From Alphaproteobacteria bacterium (GTDB taxonomy: Bacteria > Pseudomonadota > Alphaproteobacteria > UBA828): DNA of 64,000 nucleotides. Below the pieces are notes generated by a model, which saw only the letters and a list, made by a program, of their open reading frames with translations, was not told the origin of the DNA and ran no database searches. Position numbers and translations under genes: made by a program. The stretch spans positions 256,001-320,000 of the forward strand of contig CBDEFM010000001.1 in assembly GCA_965237415.1 (NCBI GenBank), written 5' to 3'. Numbering within the stretch: position 1 is the first letter of the stretch; each line of letters starts with the position of its first letter. Positions 33,661-42,563 of the stretch are shown one piece after another.

Positions 33661-34095
33661 TGAGTCGTCCTGGCCGTCGCCGTCGTCCTGCTCGTCGGCC
33701 AGCCGGTCATAGGCTTGCTCGACGCTCATGCCCTCCCACGCCTCGGCGTCGGGCGGCAGGGTGAAACCGGCGTCGCGCAGCAGCGCATGGGTGACGAGCT
33801 GCGAGGCCCGCTGCCAGCGTTCGGGGTCGCGTTCGCCCCGGCGGGTGTGATGCTTGAGGGCGCAGGCCAGCACCACGCGGCCGATCGCGGTCTCGATGAA
33901 ATGCGCATCGGTGTCCACGATCCATTGGGGCGCATAGCGGATTTCGCGGCTGTCGCTGGCCACGGTCTCGCGGCTGGCATCGGCCCGGAGCGGCAGCCTG
34001 AGCGCCAGGCTGCCGAAGAAGGGCTGGTCGCGCAGCAATGCGGTCACGCAGCCGCTGATCCGCTGCGCCGATTCAGACTGCATGCGGGCGGCCAT
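33661..34095 (-). pseudogene. 3'-truncated DUF2201/VWA-associated metallopeptidase-like gene
   Basis: LLRDQPFFGSLAL...T.ASD...ALKHHTRRGERDP..W; fused out of frame to the repressor remnant. Confidence 0.7.
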
Positions 34096-34625
34096 CACGC
34101 CGCCCTCCGCGCGGGCTCGGCAGGGGCCTGGGCGTCCGGCGCGAAATACCCCGCGAACTGCTCCATCAGCGCATCGGCGTCGCGCTTCACCTGCGCCCGG
34201 GCGGCCGGGTCGAAGTTGCGCGACGGACGCAGCGTGTCGGGATCGACGCCGGCGATCTTGTCCTTCACCTGCTCGCACAGCCGCGCCAGTGCGGATTCTC
34301 ACCAACGTAGCCGGCCGTTCTCAATCAACGTAGCCGGCGATTCTCACTCAAGGTAGCCACCCAATCTCACCATGGTAGCCACCCCGGAGCGAAGCGAGGG
34401 ATCACGTTATTGTCGGCAGTTCTCCCTTCGCGATTTCCTCTTCAGCGATACCACCGCCGAAGGCCCTGCGGCAAGACGGGGGAGCATGGGGTGCGCGCGA
34501 CGCGTGACCCCTCACGAGTCGGAGCGGCGCGCGCACCCCATGCCGTCGCACGATCCGTTCCACCACTCCGACGCTCCGGAGCGAAGCGACGATTCTGCCG
34601 CGCGAAGCGCGGCCCCCTGCCGCGG

Positions 34626-35387
34626 TCATGACTTGGTAGCAGCGTCGGCATCATCGGTGCGCATGGACGTGCCGTGCAGCTCGATCCGGGTGGCGCCGTG
34701 GACGAGACGGTCGAGGATTGCATCGGCGAGGGTGGGATCGTTGAGCTGCCGGTGCCAGTCGGCGACCGGGAGTTGGCTGGTGGCGACCACCGAGCGCCGG
34801 CCGAAGCGATCATCGAGTATCTCGAGGAGGTCGCGTGCCCGCGCGCCGTCGATCGGCGCCAGGCCCCAGTCGTCGAGGATGAGCACCTCGATGCGGGCAA
34901 GATCGCGGTAGAGCTTCAGTATGGTGCCCTCGCCATGGGCGATCCGCAGATCGGTGAGCAGCCGCGGCACGCGCAGGTACTGGGCTTGGTACCCTTCGAG
35001 GCAGGCCTTGTGGGCGAAGGCGCACGCGATCCAGGACTTGCCGGTGCCGCAGGGGCCGGTGATCAGGATATTGGCGCCGTTGCGGACCCACACGCAGTCG
35101 CCGAGGCCGAGCACGAGGCTGCGGTCGAGACCGCGGGGGCGGCTCAGGTTGATGTCCTCGAAGCAGGCGTCCTGGTGGCGGAGCTGGGCCTTCTTGAGCC
35201 GCCGCTGTAGGGCTCTGGATCGGCGCTCGGCGATCTCGCGGTCGATCAGCAACGCGAGGCGGTCCTCGAAGGTCATGTCATCGAGGTCGTGGCGCGCCAT
35301 CTGTTCTAGGAAGGCGGCCTGCATCCCGGGTAGGCGCAGCTTGGCTATGCGCGCGGCCAGGGGGTGGGATACGGCGTTATCGGTCAT
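34626..35387 (-). CDS. istB: IS21 helper ATPase
   Basis: GPCGTGKS, ILDDWG, ADAILDRLVH. Confidence 0.95.
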   Translation of the reverse strand: MTDNAVSHPLAARIAKLRLPGMQAAFLEQMARHDLDDMTFEDRLALLIDREIAERRSRALQRRLKKAQLRHQDACFEDINLSRPRGLDRSLVLGLGDCVWVRNGANILITGPCGTGKSWIACAFAHKACLEGYQAQYLRVPRLLTDLRIAHGEGTILKLYRDLARIEVLILDDWGLAPIDGARARDLLEILDDRFGRRSVVATSQLPVADWHRQLNDPTLADAILDRLVHGATRIELHGTSMRTDDADAATKS

Positions 35388-36913
35388 CTGTAATACTCCG
35401 GTCCTCTAATGTTCGGATGATCGAGGGGCAGGGCCTCGGGTTCCTGCTCGGCGGCGGTGCGATCGGCGCCGGTGCGCAGGATGTTGTCGAGGCCGCGATA
35501 GGTTCGGGTGCCGAGCTCCAGCGCGTAGCGGCAGGCGGCGTCGAAGCGCGCCGGCTCGTGGCCGTTGGCGAGCCGCAGAACGCCGTAGCACGAGCGGAAG
35601 CCGAACTCCGGATTGGGATTGCGCTCCATGACCGCCGTGACGAAGGCGTGGACATGGGGGCCGAGATCCCGGGCCTTGTCCTCCAGCCGGACGCGGGTGT
35701 CCTCGACGCCGGCGCGCTGATGTGCCTGCGGCTGGTGTTCCCTGAGCGTGGTGGCGCGGCCTCTGGCCTGGCTGCGGAGATGGCTGGCAATCTGCCGGCC
35801 TCGGTGGAAGACGTCGATGACCGATCCGCGCAGGCGGACATCGACCTCCTTGCCGACGTACTGGTAGGGCACCGAGTAGAAGTGGCGGTCGATGGCGATG
35901 TGGTAATCGCGGTGGACCGTGTTCTTGCGCCACTGCGTGCGCTGCCAGCGCCGGTCCGGCAGGGACCGCATGTGGGGGAGATCGACACTCTCGAAACGGC
36001 TGTAGCGGTTCCCGCCCGTGCCATCGGCATAGGGGCGCTCGTTGATCTTCCGGGCCCGGACGGCGATCGCCCGGTTCAGCGACGCCAGATCATGGAAGAC
36101 ATGGTTGCGCAGCGGCGCCAGGATCCTGCGCTCAACGTGAAGCACTCCTTGTTCGACGAGTCCCTTGTCGCGCGGGCGCCGGACCCGCGCCGGCAGGCCC
36201 TGGACGCCGTAATGTTCGAGCAGATCGGCGTAGGTCTCGTTCAGGACCGGCTCGTAGCGCGACGGCTGCGTCACCGCCGGCTTGATGTTGTCGGGCACCA
36301 CCAGCTGCGGCGCCCAGCCCATGTCCTCGAAGCAGCGCACGTGCGAAGCGCACCAGTCCTCGATCTTCTGGGTCAGCGTCGCCTCGGCGTAGAGCCGCCC
36401 CGACACGCCCATCGAGGCCACGAACACCTGCGCCTCGTGCTCGACCCCGTCGACCAGGAGCGCAATCGTCATGCCGGCGTAATCGACGAACAGCCGCTCT
36501 CCGGGACGGCGATTCTGGCGCATCGTCACGTCCCGGCGCGGTCGCCATTCCCGGAACCGGCGGCACCAGGTCGGATAGCTCATCCCGTCGGGATGCGTCT
36601 CGCGCCATTCCTCCCACAGCAGCATCAGAGTCATGCCGCGGCCGGACAGGTCTTTCTCGACCTTCGCCCAGTCCACCTCCGGCCAATCCGAAGCCCGGGA
36701 CCTGCGGTAGAGCGCCGCCTCCAGGACCTCCTCGTCCAGGTCGCGGGCCTCCGGCCAGCTCAGCCCCGAGGCGGCAAACCGCTCCAGGATCTGCGCCACC
36801 GAGCGCCGCGCAAGGCCGCAGTGGGTGGCGATGGCGCGGGCGCTGCGGCCCTCGTCGAAATGAAACGCAAGAATCCTCTTCACCTTTCTCATCGGTAACC
36901 TTCCCTGTGCCAT
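35384..36913 (-). CDS. istA: IS21 transposase
   Basis: GERLFVDYAG, VPDN, PRDKGLVE. Confidence 0.95.
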   Translation of the reverse strand: MAQGRLPMRKVKRILAFHFDEGRSARAIATHCGLARRSVAQILERFAASGLSWPEARDLDEEVLEAALYRRSRASDWPEVDWAKVEKDLSGRGMTLMLLWEEWRETHPDGMSYPTWCRRFREWRPRRDVTMRQNRRPGERLFVDYAGMTIALLVDGVEHEAQVFVASMGVSGRLYAEATLTQKIEDWCASHVRCFEDMGWAPQLVVPDNIKPAVTQPSRYEPVLNETYADLLEHYGVQGLPARVRRPRDKGLVEQGVLHVERRILAPLRNHVFHDLASLNRAIAVRARKINERPYADGTGGNRYSRFESVDLPHMRSLPDRRWQRTQWRKNTVHRDYHIAIDRHFYSVPYQYVGKEVDVRLRGSVIDVFHRGRQIASHLRSQARGRATTLREHQPQAHQRAGVEDTRVRLEDKARDLGPHVHAFVTAVMERNPNPEFGFRSCYGVLRLANGHEPARFDAACRYALELGTRTYRGLDNILRTGADRTAAEQEPEALPLDHPNIRGPEYYR

Positions 36914-37335
36914 CCCGTATCCCTCGGACCAATCGCGAAAGTCCGAGGCGTACGACGGCACCCTGAGTCGCACCAAAACCCGCCGCCCCGCAGGGGTGGC
37001 TACCTTGGTGAGATTGGGTGGCTACCTTGAGTGAGAATCGGTGGCTACCTTCGTGAGATTCCGCACGCCAGCGCGTCGTCGCCGAAGATGTTGAGACGCG
37101 GAACCACGTCGACCAGGCCGCGGATGTTGTCGATCATCGAATCGCGGAACACGAGCGGCTTGCCGTTGTCGTCTTCCTGCAACCGCTCCGAAACGCGCTC
37201 CACGGCTTCGCCCAGGCGCCGGTAGAGGTCGGCGACGGCATCGTGCAGCCGCTCCTCGATCTGGCGCTCGATGTCGCGCTTGACCCGGTCGGTGTCGTCG
37301 CAGGCCAGCTTGGCGATAAAGTGGTCGGCGTCGGG

Positions 37336-37646
37336 GACCTTCGTCATTCGTATGCGTCCCGGGCGCTGGCACTCGGCGAGAGCCTGACGGTCATCGGCCG
37401 GCTGCTCGGCCACAACAAGGTCGAGACCACCGCCAAGTATGCCCATCTGGTTCGCGACGCGGAAAAGGCCGCAGCCGCGCGCACCGGCGACAGCATCGGC
37501 GCCCAGCTCATGCCCGTCGGTGCCGAGGCGGCGTGAAGGGGGAAACGATGGCCGTACAGCAGAAGATCCTCTCCAACCGCACCGTGGCGGCGCTCAGGGT
37601 CGAACGGGACACGGTGTTCTGGGACCGGGACCTGACTGGATTTGGA
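37336..37646 (+). pseudogene. Remnants of a second tandem integrase pair (C-terminus 37336-37536; N-terminus 37548-37646)
   Basis: DLRHSYAS...LLGH...KYAH*; MAVQQKILSNRTV...FWDRDLTGFG. Confidence 0.8.
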
Positions 37647-37950
37647 AATTACGATCCGATTTTGGTCTCGTGAATCAGGATAAACTATTGAATTAAATAA
37701 CTATATTGCACTTTCCATCTTCCGCGCGCACCCATGTATCATCGGTTCCGTAAGCACAGCACAAGGGGATTCACTATAGTCCAGGCGCATCCCTACGCGC
37801 TCTAGGCGTAGCATCCGTGATCGACAATCCTGGCGCGTCACCGTTCCTCCAGGCCGTGATGGCCCGGCCGGGCGGAGGAAGTGAATGGCCGCTGTCGAGG
37901 CGGCGGCGAAACCGTGCCGAGCCGATCGCTGACGCGCAGGCAGTCGAACC

Positions 37951-38105
37951 GGCGCCGGTGAAGCGCGGGGTCTCGACAAAGGTCTCGATGAGCACGGGAG
38001 TAGTGCTGTAGCGCTGGGTCCAGTCCTGGGGCAGTTGGCATCGGACGAGGGACAAGATGTGCGAGCTCAGGTTGGGGGTGGTAATCCAGGGGAGGATGGG
38101 GATGC
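37951..38105 (-). pseudogene. Second DUF4338/DruA-like remnant
   Basis: ILPWITTPNLSSHIL...VLIETFVETPRFTG. Confidence 0.65.
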
Positions 38106-38143
38106 AAGTGGGGGCTCCCTTCTCGGCCTTTTGAGAGAAGCCT

Positions 38144-38797
38144 CTAGTTTTCTGTCGGTCCACACCTTTCCAGAACCTTTTCCCTTCGGTGACGGGCCAC
38201 AAGTAGGGCCAGCAGGAGTGTTGATGTCATCTTCGAGACCTTGAAAAAGGCATCCGCTACGTTGTAATAGTTGGCCTCTTCGTGCTTTGGATCCTCACCA
38301 GACACGACGAAATAAGCCATTTGATCCTCGGCATTCGTCCCAACTAAAGTGGGCCAGAAGTGCCGGAACGACAGGTGCACGAAATCGGACGTTTCTTCGT
38401 AGAGCTGCGTGACCCATGGATATTTCTCGGACAACCGCTCGTGCAGGTATGCATCTGTCATTGACTTCCCATTCTTTGATTTCAGTTTCCTGAACGTAGT
38501 CTCACCGTCGAAGATACGCTTAACGTCGATTTCAGGATCGGCCAATAGCGGGATTCCGTTGACCCTCATGGCCGTGTCGATCTGCGTGCGTACCAGGATA
38601 GTGGCGCAGGAGAAATTCCATCCTTCAACGAGTTTGCGAAAACCCAGGGACTGCGAGACCGTTCGCTTCATCGCTCCGAGCAGGAAATTGTCTATAGAGG
38701 AAATGGGTGCGCCTGACGGAAGAATCGACTGGCCCTTGCGTAGCAACTCGCTCTCAAGGCTCTCAATAGCGTTGAGGCGTTCAGCAAGACTCTTCAT
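38144..38797 (-). CDS. Hypothetical protein (lower GC)
   Basis: GGAGG RBS, long open frame, LYEETSDFVH motif. Confidence 0.7.
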   Translation of the reverse strand: MKSLAERLNAIESLESELLRKGQSILPSGAPISSIDNFLLGAMKRTVSQSLGFRKLVEGWNFSCATILVRTQIDTAMRVNGIPLLADPEIDVKRIFDGETTFRKLKSKNGKSMTDAYLHERLSEKYPWVTQLYEETSDFVHLSFRHFWPTLVGTNAEDQMAYFVVSGEDPKHEEANYYNVADAFFKVSKMTSTLLLALLVARHRREKVLERCGPTEN

Positions 38798-38890
38798 TTG
38801 TCGCCTCCATCCCAATCGCTATCCCGTTCGTCGCAGCAACGCACCTCCCGTCTCCCTGCAATGGAACCGGCGCGGTCGGCGGTCGCGCCT

Positions 38891-39166
38891 TCACCGGTTG
38901 ACGGCATCGCGGAGCGCCTTGCCGGCCTTGAACGACGGTGCCTTCGAGGCGGCGACGGCGATGCTTTCGCCGGTCGCGGGATTGCGGGCCTGTCTTGCCG
39001 CCCTGGCCCTGGTCGAGAAGCGCCCGAACCCCGCGATGGCGACGGTGTCGTCATGCGCCAGAGCGTCGGTGATGGCGGAGAATACGGCAGCGACGGCACG
39101 ATTGGCGGTTGCGTTGTCCAGAGACGCCTCGGCGGCCACGCGGGCGGTCAATTCGGACTTGTTCAT
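38891..39166 (-). CDS. hup: HU-family DNA-binding protein
   Basis: MNKSEL, GFGRF, ARNPATGE, PSFKAGKALRD. Confidence 0.93.
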   Translation of the reverse strand: MNKSELTARVAAEASLDNATANRAVAAVFSAITDALAHDDTVAIAGFGRFSTRARAARQARNPATGESIAVAASKAPSFKAGKALRDAVNR

Positions 39167-39995
39167 GGTGTATCCCCCGGGGTGCGATCGGACAGCCGCG
39201 GTCGGTGCGGCCTCCGGCAAGGGTGCCGATTCGCCGGGCGGCGATCAACGGGTGGTGTGACAACCCGGACCAACGGGTACGTCCCCGACCCGGCATGGCG
39301 TTGCGGGACGGGCTGAGTCGGGTTGGGGATGTCGAACCCGACATCGGGTACCGGGCAAGCGACCGGAGCCACGCGAGCCAACCGCGGTTGCCTCTGTGGA
39401 CATGGCGATGTCTTCCGATATGAGCGTGGGCAGACGGCGGTGGCGGATTTGCCCGTCGCGGAGGACAGGCCGGCCGCGCGGATGCCCCGCGCCTCCGGAT
39501 GCCCTCCCAGCATGAATTTCTACGCAAACGGCATTTTCGTTCCGGTCGGCACGCCGCCAATGAAAGCGGTGGTGCATGCGGTGCATGCGGATTGTCGAAC
39601 GCGTCCCGATCCCGGTCGAGCGCGTCGGCATGCGGCAGGACCGGAGGGTTCCGAGAGCATCCGTGTCGTCGCGAGCGGCAGCCGACCGGCATCGATCGCC
39701 GCGAACATCGGGCGCGTGAGATCCGGGCCGGTACCGCCTGGATGCGGGCGGTGTCGCATCGGAATCAGAAACGCCCGGAGAACGACGTGCCCCGGCGAGT
39801 ACCCCACGTTCGGTCGGGGTTTGAATGACGCGACGGCCGCCCCATACCAATCGATGGAGAACATGCGGCCGGGCGCTCATGGCGGGAACCGTATGTTCGA
39901 GAAGAGAAAGGATGTCATTTGTGGAGTCGCCGCCGCCGGCGGCGATTTCACCCGTTCACCCTCGTTGCCGATGGCGCTCGGCGCTGATGGACACC

Positions 39996-40125
39996 GTGTC
40001 CGGGCGCAGCGCCCGGGCCGGCGCAGCGCCGGGAGCGAATTGGTGGCGAGCCTGCACAGGGGACGCTGGAAGACCACCGCGAAGGTGAATCGCTACGCCA
40101 AGCGGTTGCTCACCCGTCGCAGGCA
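39996..40125 (+). pseudogene. Degenerate C-terminal remnant of a Cre-like recombinase
   Basis: VSGRSARAGAA / LHRGRWKTTAKVNRYAKRLLTRR versus ISGHSTRVGAA / LHAGRWKTTAMVNRYGERLLARR in the intact gene. Confidence 0.75.
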
Positions 40126-41034
40126 CGCGAGTGACCTCGCGCGGGCGCGGGTCCGACTGACCGGGTTCACCGGTGCACCGGCAACCGGTATCGTGCCGAC
40201 GCCACCGCCGCGCGCGATTGCACGGGGAATCGGTATGCGATTTCGACGTCGCGCGGTCCGTGCAGCCCTTCATCGCAATCGCGCAAGGCGCCTCGCCCCG
40301 CGTGACGCACGACAGGGCGTTACCGGGCACCCACGGTCATTCGCACTGTGTCTGTCGACAGCCCCGCACAGTACAGCGCGCTCTCCGGCGAAGTGTGTCT
40401 GGAACTTCGGTGCGCGCCGGCTATCGTCGGCGTCAGTCACCGACGCACAGGCAACGAGATGGCTTGCATCGGCAAGGCGACGGACCGCCACCGGAGCGGA
40501 GTGCGCACACCGACCCCACTGGGCGCCCTCGCGGGTCGCGCCGCAACGACGATGTTGCATCCGCGCATTCGAAGGTGCGTCGACGGCCATCGCGCCCGGG
40601 GCGGGGGTAGCCGGTTGCAGGCGAAACACCCGAAGGCGTCCCCGTGCGGCAGGCCCAATGCCGGTCGAGCATCGAGGTTGCCGCAAACGGCATTTTCATT
40701 CCCGCCGCCGAGTCGATAGTCAGGTCGGTGCACGACACGGCAGCCGCGGCCGGAGGCGCGGACGGTGAAGCGGAGAGGATCGGAAAGCTCGGGAGCGGAG
40801 ACGGCGAACCGCCGCAACGGCGCCGGGGAATGCCGGGCGCGGCGGGCCGTCCATCGCGGCGCGACAGGCGCGATCTTGGCCACGGGCAGGCCATCGGACG
40901 GGCTGCTCTCGCACGTGTCGGGACGCGCATGCACCGAAGGCGCTCGAAGCGCCCGGTCGCGTCCGAAAAATTGTTTGAAAGCAACCGGTTGCGGCGGATT
41001 CCAAGCAGCTCTGGCCTGGAGTCCACGACACCGT

Positions 41035-41068
41035 TTGGCTCGCGATAACTGTTGTTATCGCGAGCCAA
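41035..41068 (+). other. lox-like site A: TTGGCTCGCGATA-ACTGTTGT-TATCGCGAGCCAA
   Basis: Perfect 13-bp inverted arms with asymmetric 8-bp spacer, 34 bp. Confidence 0.88.
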
Positions 41069-41254
41069 CTTGTCAATTCCTGCGTTTCCGACCGGCGACC
41101 CGGAGGCTGCCCAGTCTCGACCCGAACATCGTAAGCCGTGCCGGAACTCGATACAACCGGTTGGTTCAAGGGCGGTTTCTTCCTCCCGGGACGCGCCGAC
41201 TGTGATGCGCGCGCCTCCCTCGCCCGGAAGCCGACCCTGAGCCCGGCGACGATT

Positions 41255-41267
41255 TTGGCTCGCGATA
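41255..41267 (+). other. Isolated lox-like half-site TTGGCTCGCGATA
   Basis: Exact arm match followed by AC, no second arm. Confidence 0.7.
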
Positions 41268-41362
41268 ACATTTTCTGGAAATCCGCCCCTTGGCACGATT
41301 CCTGTCGGGCGCACGGCGCCGGACGCCGCCGTGGGTACGCCGCATGATACGCCACCGCGCCC

Positions 41363-42334
41363 CTACTCGCGATGCTGTAAACGGGCGAGCTGCGCCGCCC
41401 CGCTTCGCCGCGCCAGGAGGCGCTCGCCGTAGCGGTTGACCATCGCCGTCGTCTTCCACCGTCCCGCGTGCAGGATGGCCGCCATGCCGATGCCTTCGGC
41501 GACCATGTCCTGCGCCGCCCCGACCCGTGTGCTGTGCCCGGAGATGCGCTCGACGACGTCGCCGGGCAATCCGGCACGCTCGGCCATGGCCTTGAAGATG
41601 CGCGGCACCTGGCTCGCATCGAGCCGCTCGCCGACCGCACCCCGGTTCAGCGAGCGGAAGAGCATGCCTTGGCACACGCCGCTTCGCTCGAGCCACTCGT
41701 GCACCAGCGCCACGCTGTCGCGCGCAAGATACGCCGTCGCGCCCCGGCCTTCGGCGTCCGTCTTGGAGCGGCGCACCAGCACCGTGGCCGCGCCGTCGCG
41801 TTCTTCAACGATATCCGTCACTTGCAGCGCGACGAGCTCGCCCCGGCGCAGCAGCGTGTCGTAGGCGACGGCCAGTAGCGCGCGGTTGCGCGCATCGATG
41901 AGCCCATCGCCCATGGCGTCGAGCAGGCGCTCGCGCAGCGCCCCGGTGAGCCCCTTGGCCTGCGCCTGACGCCGGCCCGTTCGCCGGTGCATGCGCTGCA
42001 GCGCGCGTCGCACCGGCTCGCGTTGCGTCGTCTTTCCCACCCCCATCGCCCGGTGCGCGGCGGCGATGCTCGCCACGTAGCGGCGCACCGTCGCGGGCGC
42101 GCGGACCCGGGCCATGGCGTCGACGAACGCGGCGAGGGTCTCGGCGCTCGCGGCCAGCGCCGGCTCACCGCGCTCGGTGCACCAGGCGGCGTAGATGGCG
42201 AGGTCGGAGCGCAGCGCCCGCTCGGTGTTGGCGCTCAGCGCCCCGCGCGCGGCCTTGGTGCAGGCGTCGAGCGTGTCCCGGTGAGTCTGGCCGTCGCTCT
42301 CGCGCGGCGGGTAGCGAACGGCGTCTACCAGCAT
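41363..42334 (-). CDS. Cre-like tyrosine recombinase
   Basis: SANTERALRSD, ATVRRY, TLLRRGEL, RSKTD, SGHSTRVG, GRWKT (Trp as in Cre), NRY; start uncertain (42334 or 42388). Confidence 0.9.
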   Translation of the reverse strand: MLVDAVRYPPRESDGQTHRDTLDACTKAARGALSANTERALRSDLAIYAAWCTERGEPALAASAETLAAFVDAMARVRAPATVRRYVASIAAAHRAMGVGKTTQREPVRRALQRMHRRTGRRQAQAKGLTGALRERLLDAMGDGLIDARNRALLAVAYDTLLRRGELVALQVTDIVEERDGAATVLVRRSKTDAEGRGATAYLARDSVALVHEWLERSGVCQGMLFRSLNRGAVGERLDASQVPRIFKAMAERAGLPGDVVERISGHSTRVGAAQDMVAEGIGMAAILHAGRWKTTAMVNRYGERLLARRSGAAQLARLQHRE

Positions 42335-42371
42335 GGGGAAGCCTCCAGGTCCGTGGAATACGGCCCGGAGA

Positions 42372-42405
42372 TTGGCTCGCGATAACAACAGTTATCGCGA
42401 GCCAA
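42372..42405 (-). other. lox-like site B: TTGGCTCGCGATA-ACAACAGT-TATCGCGAGCCAA
   Basis: Exact reverse complement of site A. Confidence 0.88.
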
Positions 42406-42563
42406 ATCGAGTGCGGCGGGGCGACCGGTTCGGACGTGGGCGAAGACGAGGAGCCACGGGCGATGTCGGGGCCATGTCCGCCGTGTCTCGGCTGGGAAGG
42501 GGGACGTCGGGCGCTCGCGCGCGGCGCCTGCGGCGACGAAGGCAAGGCCGGGGAGATGGGTTC

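Larger units (their letters stand above)
34290..37065 (-). mobile_element. Complete IS21-family element
   Basis: TIRs TGCGGA(T/A)TCTCAC..A.GTAGCC with subterminal repeats; 6-bp TSD CGCCAG (34284-34289, 37066-37071). Confidence 0.95.
34095..37340 (-). pseudogene. DUF3150-like ICE gene remnant split by IS21 (34095-34289 and 37066-37340)
   Basis: ...PRLNIFGDDALA|RLCEQVKDKI... is continuous once the IS and one TSD copy are removed. Confidence 0.65.

Noticed and set aside
33370-34305. 311-aa ORF as an intact gene
   Set aside because: Chimera across a deletion junction, reading the repressor remnant out of frame.
34290-34383. Short repeats TCTCAC..AAGGTAGCC as a CRISPR array
   Set aside because: No unique spacers, mirrored at 36996-37065; these are IS21 subterminal repeats; no cas genes.
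39323-40768. 481-aa ORF
   Set aside because: Arg/Ala/Pro-rich high-GC shadow ORF; only the short recombinase relic is recognisable.
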